Below, piece after piece: positions 11,348 through 22,382 of a DNA stretch of 64,000 nucleotides. The DNA is from Phoronis australis. Taxonomy: Eukaryota; Animalia; Phoronida. A model generated the notes under the pieces. The model was not told where the DNA came from, searched no databases, and was given only the letters and a program-made list of their open reading frames with translations. The stretch spans positions 351,479-415,478 of the forward strand of contig NMRA01000186.1 in assembly GCA_002633005.1 (NCBI GenBank). Direction: 5' to 3'. A program made the translations under genes and the position numbers. The stretch's first letter is position 1, and every line of letters begins with the position of its first letter.

Positions 11348-14119
11348 TTACGTCGTTATCAACCGCTTGATGTAACCAACAACCAGAACGAGCCCAACGG
11401 AGGAAACCACAAAACCAGTTGCGCAGACGATGAGTGCAATTTCGACTCCTTCCACGTCTTCTGGATTCTTGTGAAACGATTGAGACTTTCCCAATTTGAA
11501 AGCGGCATGACCCATCATATTTTCTGCCTCGCACAAATACTCGTTAACGCGAGACAACTGCATGTCAGGTGCTCTGACAGCGACTTTTCTTGAGCTATAT
11601 GGATAGGAAGAATGACTGGAAACACTTAAGACTGATTCGGGCAAGTTTCGAATTTGAATTTTGGGCGCTGGGTCTCCAGAAAAGACACACTCGACAGTAG
11701 CAACCTCGGCCACCGTCATTATTGCTAATCTGGTTAAAACTGGTTTCTGGCACGTTAGTTTGAAAGAGGTAAAATTCCGCATGGTTACAGTGGCTGGTGT
11801 GGAACAAACCCGATGGGTGTTTCGTAGTAACATCAGAGATCCATTCTTTAAAAGTTCCTGAAGAGGCTGCAAACGACAATTACAATGGAGAGGGTTTCCC
11901 GTAAACAAAAGCTCCATCGGTTTCGTTGACTTCGTGTCGGCCATTTTCTGGAAACTATCAATAGAAATCGATCGCAGTTTGTTGTAAGATATATCTACTT
12001 GCATAGCTTGTGGTAACGCGTTTTCGGCTATAAATTCAATTTGGTTATGACCAAGTTGAATTGATACAAGTTTCTTCAAGTTGCCGAACAGCTTGGCCTG
12101 GATGGTTATTAACCGGTTGTTTGTAAGTGACAATTCCTTGAGATTCTCAAGGTTGTTAAAGGAACCACGTTCTATTTGTTCAATCATATTGTGTCCCAGG
12201 TTAAGGTGACGAAGTGATCGCGAAGCGTTCTTGAACATTGCTAAATCAACGTAGTGCAATCGATTGCCGTTCAACCTTAATACCTCCAAGCTCGAAAGCC
12301 TTTGGAAACCAGCCTCTTCCACGTGTTCGATCAAATTTGATTCAAAGGAGGCCACTGTCAGAGAGCTAGACGTCAGTATATGTTGATCAAGTATCCTCAG
12401 TTTATTATTTTTTAATTCCAGTGACGTAAGATTAGGTAGAGCTTCCAGAGTACCAGGCTTTATCAGGTGTATGCTGTTTTTGGACAGATCAATTCTTTTG
12501 AGGTTTCCAAGTCCAAAAAACATCGTTGCAGAAACGGTTTTTAGCTTATTTGACACCAGACTGAGAGAATACGTCTTAGTTTGATGGGAAAACGCATGAC
12601 TTTCTATGCGCCGAATCTTCATCCTGTTCAAGCTGATAATCCGACCTCGAATGTTTTTTAGAAGAGTTCGACCAACAGTCACGTCTCTTCTTCCAAGGTA
12701 GTGGATGTGAATAATGGGTGCCGAAACTAGCTTTTGAAAGGTACTATTGTCGTTTAGTGCGCGTACAGAGATCTCCAGACTTGAGCTCACACGTATGGCC
12801 GAGGACAAAACCCCTGGATTTCTCACCTCTATTCTTAAACACTCCAAACTTCGATTGAAAATTACGTCCCGTGGGATAATAGACAAAGCATTGCCGTGAA
12901 TAATCAACTCTCTTAAACTTTCTGGCAAATGGAACATTGTCGTTAAATTGTTCTTAGAAATATCCAGACTTTTGAGATTCTCTGTTTGTTGAAATGTATT
13001 GAAGTCCACGTATGATAAACCGCCATCGCTGACGTCTAATTGGGTTAAGCTCGATAGTCCATTTAGCATGCCACTAGTCAAGTTAGTTAGATTATTTTCA
13101 CCGAGAGCAATAAAGTTCAAAGAAGCAAGGTTTTCGAAAATCCCTTCTGGTAACTCATAAATATTGCTCGAGTATAAGAACAGTTGTTCAAGGTGACGAA
13201 CAGCCTCGAATGTTGATTTGGACAACGAGTTCATAAAATTATTAAGCTCTAGACGTAAAACGTTCAAATTGACTACAGAACTCAAGGCAGAGTCATGTAT
13301 CTTCGTCATGCCATTTGCTGCAATACTAAGCCTTTCCAGGACGTCAAGACCCGACAGACTGTCTTGTTCTAATTCGTCTATACGATTGCCATTCAGTATC
13401 AGGGTGATTAAAGAGCTGCACTTCAGGAATGGCGACCGTGGAAGCGATCGTATTTGGTTATTACCCAGACCTAGTGAACGCAGGTTCGGTAAATCATGAC
13501 AAAAATCAGACTGAATAGAAAATAAACTATTATGTGACAGATCAAGCTCGACAAGCTCCTTCGTGTCTTCAAAAGCGCCCTGCTCGATGTGAGACACGTC
13601 ATTAAAAGATAGCGACAATGTATGCAGCTCTCTTAACCCTTTAAAATGCGAACGGCGTAGACTCTTTAACTTGTTTCTTTGAACTTCAAGGAATTTTAGA
13701 GACGTCAGTGGAGAAAAGACGTGATCTGGAATAAAGCTTATTTTGTTGTTTCTGAGATCCAGAGAGAGTAGAGAAGTAAGACCTTCAAACGATCTTCTTG
13801 AGAGGTGGATGATGGCGTTACTGCTCAAACGAAAAAATTGTAGATTTGTTAACTGCTCGAAGGATCCATCATTGAGAGTGGTCAAGTTGTTCATTGAAAT
13901 AGTTAGGCTTACCGTATAGTCTCGCACAGGTGAGAATGCACCTTCTTGAATTTTCTGAATTCCACAGTTGTGCAAAACGATAAATTTTCTACCCCAATAA
14001 TTTTCCATAACATCTTCGGTCAATACGGGAAGAGGTTTCTCGCATCCGGATGAAGAAACAATGCTCATTCGCACGGCCATGCAGCTTAGCAACATAGGCA
14101 AACTGTTTAAGTACATCAT
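11348..14119 (-). CDS. Single-exon LRR + LRRCT + Ig-like + transmembrane receptor (LIG/LRRIG-type), ~923 aa, 6-aa cytoplasmic tail
   Basis: The first in-frame ATG is at 14119 (the track's 14131 start is GTG). There is a signal-peptide-like N-terminus, more than 20 LxxLxLxxNxI repeats in two blocks, LRRCT NPLHCNCRL...C...C, an Ig domain ECVFSGDPAPKI...YLCEAENMMG, TM IALIVCATGFVVSSVGLVLVVGYI, then KRLITT and stop. Confidence 0.93.
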   Translation of the reverse strand: MMYLNSLPMLLSCMAVRMSIVSSSGCEKPLPVLTEDVMENYWGRKFIVLHNCGIQKIQEGAFSPVRDYTVSLTISMNNLTTLNDGSFEQLTNLQFFRLSSNAIIHLSRRSFEGLTSLLSLDLRNNKISFIPDHVFSPLTSLKFLEVQRNKLKSLRRSHFKGLRELHTLSLSFNDVSHIEQGAFEDTKELVELDLSHNSLFSIQSDFCHDLPNLRSLGLGNNQIRSLPRSPFLKCSSLITLILNGNRIDELEQDSLSGLDVLERLSIAANGMTKIHDSALSSVVNLNVLRLELNNFMNSLSKSTFEAVRHLEQLFLYSSNIYELPEGIFENLASLNFIALGENNLTNLTSGMLNGLSSLTQLDVSDGGLSYVDFNTFQQTENLKSLDISKNNLTTMFHLPESLRELIIHGNALSIIPRDVIFNRSLECLRIEVRNPGVLSSAIRVSSSLEISVRALNDNSTFQKLVSAPIIHIHYLGRRDVTVGRTLLKNIRGRIISLNRMKIRRIESHAFSHQTKTYSLSLVSNKLKTVSATMFFGLGNLKRIDLSKNSIHLIKPGTLEALPNLTSLELKNNKLRILDQHILTSSSLTVASFESNLIEHVEEAGFQRLSSLEVLRLNGNRLHYVDLAMFKNASRSLRHLNLGHNMIEQIERGSFNNLENLKELSLTNNRLITIQAKLFGNLKKLVSIQLGHNQIEFIAENALPQAMQVDISYNKLRSISIDSFQKMADTKSTKPMELLFTGNPLHCNCRLQPLQELLKNGSLMLLRNTHRVCSTPATVTMRNFTSFKLTCQKPVLTRLAIMTVAEVATVECVFSGDPAPKIQIRNLPESVLSVSSHSSYPYSSRKVAVRAPDMQLSRVNEYLCEAENMMGHAAFKLGKSQSFHKNPEDVEGVEIALIVCATGFVVSSVGLVLVVGYIKRLITT

Positions 14120-14292
14120 GAAATGTCGCACAATGTTAGCATTCCATGCGATGCTACTGTGAGCGATTACCTGCGGTTGATATGTGTTACGGTATATATC
14201 TTTACTTACAGAGGGGAAGGAAACAATACAGCGACTCGTGAGCAGCTGTCATTGGATCACGACGTCAGCTGACACTCCGAGTGGAAACAAGC

Positions 14293-14300
14293 TTTTTATA
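14293..14300 (-). promoter_or_regulatory. Candidate TATA box of the LRR-Ig gene
   Basis: TATAAAAA on the minus strand about 175 nt upstream of the ATG, with a TGACGTC CRE-like motif about 30 nt downstream of it. Confidence 0.4.
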
Positions 14301-14890
14301 GGCAAACGATATACAATTGCCCGATACTCACTGTGGGACGAAGAGCACATATGCATAAATACACGAAAACAAAATGTACACATTTAATCCTGGGTCTTCT
14401 ATCGGAACTTATCTTTGTCTACTCGAAGGAAAGAAACAAATAATGTTCTTACATGAACTGGAATGCTTTACGACACGACTGGTTAATAGCACCGAGTACA
14501 TAATTTTTTATATTAGATTGGCGAATCACAAAGTTGTGCAAAGTAGAACTCCATACGCCTTACAGTTTATAGTCTGCAAACACTAATACCAACGACCAAA
14601 CAGTGCCGGAATTCCATAAGGTGACAAGGTTATGACTGACAAATCCGAAACGCTTCAATATGACACCCAAAGCAACAGCAACATGTATTCATGTACGTAC
14701 TCATTGTTTGAAGGACATGCAGACAATTTCAACGGGCCGATCTTTGGCTGCGGATTCGATATCCACGTTCATTCCAACGTAGACGAACCTCAACTCAAGA
14801 AACCACGCGCTGAAACTGAAAACGTGTGCTGTCTTAAGGTCAATCCAGTGCTCAAGCGCGGGAAGCCCTGCTGACTGTGTTACTTATAAA

Positions 14891-15118
14891 CATGCGGGCA
14901 CCCAGGAGGGGATCGTCCGAGCTGCCCGCCATTTGGCGAAATGGGCAAAAAGGTCCGCCTCAGAGAGACAAAAAGTCCGAGAAAATGAGGCAAAAGTCCA
15001 CTAAATATGCGCAAAAACGTGCGAAAGTACCGAGGTGCTCCCGTTTTTTTTAGTCCGTCAAAGGGTCCACAAAGTCAGGAATTCGAGCCCCCCATATTGA
15101 AGGCTGGGTGCGCGCATG
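14891..15118. mobile_element. 228-bp MITE with 15-bp TIRs and a 5-bp TSD (hAT5-like)
   Basis: CATGCGGGCACCCAG (14891-14905) pairs with CTGGGTGCGCGCATG (15104-15118), one mismatch. ATAAA lies on both sides (14886-14890, 15119-15123). Confidence 0.8.
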
Positions 15119-16316
15119 ATAAATGTTATAAACATAGACATCTTAATACTATGATGTCTATAGTTACAAACCTGCCAGTCGTGTAGGATTCTACATCAGT
15201 GACTCAACTGGCGAACCATACATCTTATTACTATAGACCGGGCGCACGCGCTACTGCAGCTGACAACTAGTCACGTGACACGGCTAATTGCCGTGTAAAC
15301 GAACGAGGTAAATATTGTCTTTTTCAAAGCGCGATATGTAACAAATAAAGAAGCCGAAGAGTGTGATTTTTTCCAGAAACATACGAGAACGTGATGTAAC
15401 ACTTACATGCGTTTTTTAAGAGTTAATCAGTCGATATAGAAAATATCAAACTATTAGAAGATTGCAACCAGTGCCAGATTTTTGAGTGACCTGAGCGGCT
15501 GCACGTCTGTCAATCCTCTGCGAGCGTTTTATTACTTGTTCTTTTTTTCAAGAGAAACCACTCGGATCACGCAAATTTATCATTTAATCTGTGTGACTCG
15601 ATGCAAATACATTATGTCCAGGAGACGTGCCGCTCACTAGGGACGCTTCGTGGTGCCCCAATAAGCCTTTTCACTGAGTGTTGAACAATGACCCCGGGTA
15701 ACTTTGTTCAATTAAAATATGACCCGGGCCGCTTTTAATGGGGTCTAAATATATTTAATGTGTACTACTGTGAAAAATGACCTCATTGGGGCCATATTAA
15801 TGAATGAAAGTTCATTAGGGAGTTCTCCCGTTCAGTACAGCGGCTGTGAGCTTGTGATAACACTGACCTAACTCCTTTGTTAACTGCCGAGAATAGTCTT
15901 TTGTCTGGTAAGACAACAAGCAGATAAATTATCTACCAGGCTTTTATCCGATCACATGACTTTGTGAACACAGAGAAACCCAGTACGTTGGTACGTTCGG
16001 ACAAAATAGATTGTCTTAACTTCGATTGCAGTTGGGCAATTTTGTTGATTCCAAAACTATAAGCTTGATCAGTATGTGATGGGCAATTCAGAAATGTCAC
16101 TGGTTTATGTTCAAACATTTTTAATTTAATTGTTTTTAACAGCACAGTCCAGTGAGGATATAAGATACGATTTTATCGGGGATTAGAGCAATTATCGAAC
16201 AAAAGAGAGCTTACCCTCCAACCCTAATTGCCAGAATGGACTTAATCAGTCGTCAGTGAAAGATATTGGCTACAGCGGTCATTCGTCTAACTTGTTTGGA
16301 TATACAACTTAACAAG

Positions 16317-17780
16317 TTTTTTTGTTTTTTTTAACATTTTATTTCTAAATACACTAATATTTACAAACAATAAGATCTTTGGAAATGAAACACAGGCACA
16401 CACACACACACGCACACACACATATCTAAATAATAGAAATTCTCGACTGGTCTAAAATATATAGGCATTGATGGTTTCCCAAAAGGCAGTTTTAAGGGGT
16501 TGTGTATTCCTTACTTTGCAATAATTATAAAAGAAACATTGAAATTGTGAATATCTACATGTAGGAATAATCTGGTTTTTAGAACATTTATGGATGAAAT
16601 ACTGGCAAATAGTTAATATGGTATTGTTATCTTTAAAATTACATCCAAAATACGCTGTCAAAATAACATTTTTATCTAATATTAAATCGTGTTGTGCAGT
16701 TACGTAAATTAAAAGTTTCTGAATTTCACACCACAAAGTTTTCACAGAACCACATTCCACAAACACATGGTTAAAAGTCTCAACAGTTCCAAAAGATGCA
16801 CACTTGTCATCACTTACTAAGTTCATCTTTTTCAAAATAAGTTTTGTAAACACTTTTCTATGAATATACATGTAGAAGTACTTAAAAGTTTTAACATAAG
16901 GAGGTGACAAGAGTTTGTGTGGAAGAGCATAAATTTGTTTAATTCGTTGTCTAGAGTAAATGTCAGTTAAGCTGTACTCTATATCAGGAGGCAAACAATT
17001 TTGGAAAGCAAAATATTTCTAGAAAACACATTAGTAATTTGGCTTGACTGGGGATGTATGCATTTTAAAATCGAAGGATCAGCTTTCAACTTAATCGCAC
17101 GTCTCAAAGCAGCATAATGAATCCAATTTGAAAACTTATATATATTTTTCAAAACCTCCCATGTCAGAAATTTATTTTCAAAATTCAAAAGATCCTTCAC
17201 AAAAGTAATACTAGCCTCGAAGAAACTATTAAAGAATACAGTCCTTCTATTAATCAATATGTTTTTGTTATTCCACACTACCTGGTTTACAATTGTTATG
17301 TCCTTATGTAAATGAGCACTAATTTCTTCCCAAGCAATCAATACGTCAAGATAGAAGGTATTTATATTTGCAAGAGACAGCAATTTACAATCATAAATTG
17401 ATTTAAAGATCAAAATACCTCCATATGTTTTAAAAACATACCCTGGAAACACTTTGAAAACTTCATTGTTTCCATCTAAGCAACGCGTAAGCCACTTAAC
17501 TAATAATGACTTGTACATAATATTTATATAAGGAACTGACAAACCACATATTTTAATTCTAGGTGGTTTATTTTGCCAAACAAAATTTTTAATCATTGGT
17601 AGTATTTCTCTTAGCTCTACGTTCGTTGTCAATTCCTAAATTGCTCATCACATAAATTATTTTAGACAGCGCAAATGTTTTGATTACATTGATCCTTCCT
17701 AACAATGAAATATTGCGACTTTTCCAGATGTCAAGAGACTTTTCAAAGGACTTAATTTTGAGTTCAAGATTTAAAAAATG
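16317..17780 (-). mobile_element. L1/Tx1-clade LINE A, 3' part (ORF2 C-terminus, 3'UTR with (TG)n, poly(A) tail)
   Basis: WKSRNISLLGRINVIKTFALSK, QVVWNNKNILINRRTVF and the C-terminal Cys/His motif DKCASFGTVETFNHVFVEC. A (CA)n tract at ~16391-16422 and a T-rich tail at 16317-16332 on the plus strand. Confidence 0.9.
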
Positions 17781-20700
17781 CCTCATGGCGGGAAGTTTGG
17801 TTTTCTGACTTGTGCGGACTCTCCCATCTAACAATAACAAAATTTATATAGTTTGAAGACAGAACCGACAGTAAACCATCTCATATGATTAGAAATAACG
17901 ACCAGACCCTGACGAGTGGCAGAAAAAGAACACCAAGCCGAAACCCTAGGGAACTCCGAGCCTCGACAATGGACGCCATATTGACAGGGAACGTACAGAA
18001 TTTCACCAAGAAGACTCGGTCACTGAAAGATGAACTAAAAGAGGCACTCATTGACTCAGATATCCAGTCACTGTTTACAAACATGATAAAGCCCTTAATT
18101 GACGCTGGTTTGTCTGAAATGTATAAAGCACTAGAGCTTCTATACGATCAAAAATGGGTGATAAGTATAAAAAATAACTTGAAAATCAACTCGACAAGCT
18201 GAAGCAAGAAAGTGGCTCTCAAATACACAGGTTGGAATCTGATTTGGATGAGCTTGAGCAGTACAGCCGCCGAAACTGTGTTGTAATAACAGAATCTGAC
18301 AAGGAGTGCACAGACGACATTGCTATTGGTCTAGCAAAAAGAATTGGTGCTACCGTTGAGAAGTCTGATATATGTCGCAGTCACCGCCTAGGTAAAAAAA
18401 ATCCAAGGTAATGCCAAGACGAGGTCAATTATAGTTAAATTTACGAATTCCAATGCAAGAGCCGACTTCATGAGAAATAAAAAGAAATCGGAAGCTGAAG
18501 CTGGCAAGATCTACGTTAACGAATTCAAAATCTGACCAAAAACGAACACAGTTGTACAAGGCTTGTAGAGACCTGGGCGCCTGGATTTAGAGTTGCTGGA
18601 CATATGGTGGAAGAATTTATTACAAGAACTGGGCCAATGAAATTAAACCGGTGAGCAGCATGGAAGATTTACAGGGCATCTAACTCTCTCTCAGCTAAAC
18701 ATTATACACGCAAGCCAGAATATAATACAGTAGTGCAATAGTATCCAACGTCTTGTATTCAGCTTTTGGTAAGATTACTCACTTTTGTTCTATAGTCTTC
18801 ATGAAAGACAGCTGAATTTCCTTTTTCCGTCAAGTTGATTGAGTTTTACGGTAATTCCAATACTTCACATTATACATTTAACCTTTAACTGCTCCTGTAC
18901 TCCATGTGCAATTGCCAAACTACAAGTGTAGCGTACCGTAATTGTCAGGTTCTTGGGACCCTTTTGAGAGACCTCAGTACAAACGTACTTCCCGTACTTC
19001 CGGTAGTCAATACTGTGTATATGATTAGCCTATTTTTTTCTTCACGTTAGCCGTTGTGTCCAACGTATCGTTTTCACAGCTAACATACATGTATACCTGC
19101 TACTCAGGCTATGTCAAAGTCCGTGACAACCGTGTTTCGTAGTTTTATTGTTGTAGCTGTGTTCTGTTTTGTTCTATTTTGGTCTAAGCGTCATATAGCT
19201 TCATGCTGGGCAATCCATCTGGGGGGCTATTTATGAGAGGGCTCTGTATTGCTAAGAAAGATGGAAACAATATTAGATCAATGTGAGGATATAAAAGTTT
19301 TTTCAATTCAAATACCTCAAACTCCCGTGGAGTGGCGATCCTCTTTAAGAACACTTTTGAGTATAAATTACATAACATTAGGCAATACTACAATGGTAAT
19401 AAATTAATTTTTGATATTACTATTAATGAGACAAGAATTACGTTAATTAATACGTATTGTCCAAATAGGGACTCGCCGTCCTTTGTTGAAAGAATAAAAC
19501 AAGATATTCAAGATATAGGAAATTACTCGGTTATTTGGGCAGGCGATTTTAATCTTGCTCTCGATCAGTCTAAGGACACGCTTAATTATCGTTAGGTTAA
19601 TAACCAGAAGTCACGGATTAAGCTGATGGAGATTTGTACAGAATTGTCTATTGTTGATGTGTGGCGGGAACTAAACCCCAGTAGTAAAGAATATACTTGG
19701 AGAGCTGGAAGTAAACGATCCAGACTAGATTTTTTTTCTAATTTCTGAAAACCTTTTAGCTGATATTGACGACTTCATAATATAATTCGGTTACCGGTCC
19801 GATCATTCAAGGGTAACGTTTTAAAGTGATGTTTCCAGGAGGAGAAAATCATTTTGGAAGTTTAATAATTCTCTCCTAAAAAACTCTGAGTATATTGCTG
19901 CAGTCAAGAATACTATTAAATTAGTTAAGCAACAGTATATGACTGACGACATTCAGACATTTGATAGTACAATTAATTCAGATTTACAATTGTCTATAAA
20001 TGATCAACTTTTTTTGGAAACGTTGTCGATGCAGATTCGCGACAAAACAATTTCCTTTGCTACTTACTCAAAAAGAACAAAGTGATAGAGTTGAACAGCA
20101 ACTTATCAAAGAAATAAGCTTGTTGGAAAAAAGTCTAAGCCTTGACAGGGAACTACCGGAACAAAAAAATAATATACTTGCCGAACTAAAGCAAAATAAG
20201 TTAAGAGGTCTTATGACTAGGTCGAGAGCAAGATGGATTGAACAAGGTGAAAAGCCTTCCAAATACCTTCTTCACTTGGAACATAGGCATTACACAAGTA
20301 AGTTTATGTCTTTTTTGTGGAAATCTGACAATGCTAAAACCAATAATGATGAAGAGGTTATTCAGGAAACCAAAACTTTTTATGAAAATCTATACAAAAA
20401 TAGACAGTCTAACAATACTTCTTTAAAAACTCTTCTTGATAATGTTTTTGTCTCCAAGCTGAGTGAGACAGAAAAAAATTAGAAGGTCTTCTTACATATG
20501 AAGAAGTCACACAATGCTTGAAAAAATGAAAAACAACAAGAGCCCAGGCTCTGATGGCTTTTCAGTGGAATTTTTGAAATTTTTTTGGGCTGACATTGGA
20601 CATTTTGTTGTTCGCTCACTTAATACTGGTTTTGCTGTTGGTCAGTTATCAACACAGAAAGAGGGAGTGATCACCTGCATCCCTAAGGGAGCAGATAAAA

Positions 20701-22374
20701 GTAAACATTATCTGAAAAACTGGAGACCCATATCCTTACTCAATGTAACATATAAATTGGATTTTTCGGCAGTGGCTGAATGGTTAAAATCCGTTTTGGG
20801 AAAAGTTATCAGTAAGGACCAGACAGGTTTCGTTTCTGGAAAAAATATGAACGAAAATATCCGAGTGCTATACGATTTAATGTTTTATGCCCAGGCAGCT
20901 AACAAACCTGGATTGCTTTTAATGATTGATATTGATAAAGGGTTTGATTCATTGTCGTGGAATTTTATTAAAAAAATAACAGAATTACATGTACTTACTG
21001 GAGTTTTCCGCGTGGCCCAGCTAATAATCTCTCTACAGTGCATCACAACATGTTGAAACCAATATTCGAAATGAACGCTGTAAATGATTGCTGAAGCTAA
21101 AAACCATCAAAACTGCACTGTGATTGGTTATATTACAATGGTAGCATCTATTTAGCCAATAAACAATTATCTAGGAGCGGGGATAGACAGCCATTACAAT
21201 GCACTCTGGAAACTCCCTAAGGCGTACATACAACGCCTCTAGTGGACATAAAGATCTTAAACAAAAGACTAATGCTCCTACATCAACAGGGAGTATGTCA
21301 TCTTTCTACAAGAAAATAATTGTTGCGAGTAAACAGGACTTTTCGAATCAACCTTTGTGGTTTAATAGTAACTTGGCGGTCGGAGGCACAGGTGTTTTTA
21401 TAAGGCTTGGTTTGTAAAAGGCTTAATATTTATTAGAGATATGTATACCTCTAATGATGATTTTGTTAGTTTAAACAATATGAAAAATAGGTTCGATTTG
21501 AAAACCAACTTTGTAGAACATAATGGTGTTGTTCCTGTTCTAAGAAGGTTTCAAATAGTCTATTTCAAAGTAAATTTAAAAGTGTTAATGTCTACTCTCC
21601 TTGCATGCCTTTAGCAATTACTCACTTACGGAAAGATTTGAAGGGTTATAGACATATTTGTTCAGTCTTTAATGACGTTAAAAACCTGAGTCAGAGTGTA
21701 AATTGGAAATAGAGCTAGGAGATAGTTTAGATTGGTAGAAAATATATGCTTTACCTTACAAAATTACAAAGGATCCCCATATTAGATGGTTCCAATTTAG
21801 AATACTACACAGGATTATTGCAACAAATACCTTTTTAGTCAAAATATGTGTTAGGCATTCTGATTTATGTTCCTTTTGTAATAAAGCTCTACAGACGCTG
21901 TCACACCTTTTTGAGAATGTAGCTTTGTACAAGATTTCTGGAAGGAATTCGGAAAGCTACTTCAAAAGTGTGGCATTCAGCTTCCCAACAGTCTGTCTTA
22001 CGATAGTGTTATTCTTGGACTTTACAAGACGCATGATTTTGTATTTAAAATTTTGCTTCTACTAGCTAAACAGTACATTTACAAGGAGAGATGTCACAAA
22101 AATATACCTAATTTTCACGAGTTCGTTAAAAAAACTTATGAGTACTATAATGCTGAAAAATTAATTGCATATAAAAACTTTGTATATGACAGCTTCTATG
22201 CGAAATGGGAAAATTTTATTGTTCATGTTAACTACATGCAGAAGATATTTTCTTTAACCGCGATACGAGAATGGTCTTCCTGAGGTGTGCATGCGTGAAT
22301 GAATGGTGTAATTATTTATTTGTTTGTTTTGTAATTGTTTGTAAATGATAATAAATGCATAAAAAAGAAAGAAA
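17781..22374 (+). mobile_element. Near full-length L1/Tx1-clade LINE B nested inside LINE A (ORF1 ~17885-18683; ORF2 ~19200-22283; disrupted)
   Basis: ORF1 has LEQYSRRNCVVI and DICRSHRLG. The APE domain has SRGVAILF, LINTYCPN, IWAGDFN and SDHS. The RT has KSPGSDG, NWRPISLLNVTYK and IDKGFDS. The C-terminus has WFQFRILHRIIATN, then an A-rich tail at 22351-22380. Confidence 0.92.
20976..21320. mobile_element. Foreign insert replacing the central RT of LINE B; contains a ~215-bp element with short inverted ends
   Basis: LINE homology stops after SLSWNFIKK and resumes at QPLWFNSNL. GGAGTTTTCCGCGTG (~21000) is roughly the reverse complement of CACTCTGGAAACTCC (~21202-21216). Confidence 0.5.
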
Positions 22375-22382
22375 AAGAAATG

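Noticed and set aside
11334-13499. Small ORFs overlapping the LRR gene
   Set aside because: Alternative-frame or antisense by-products of the long CDS.
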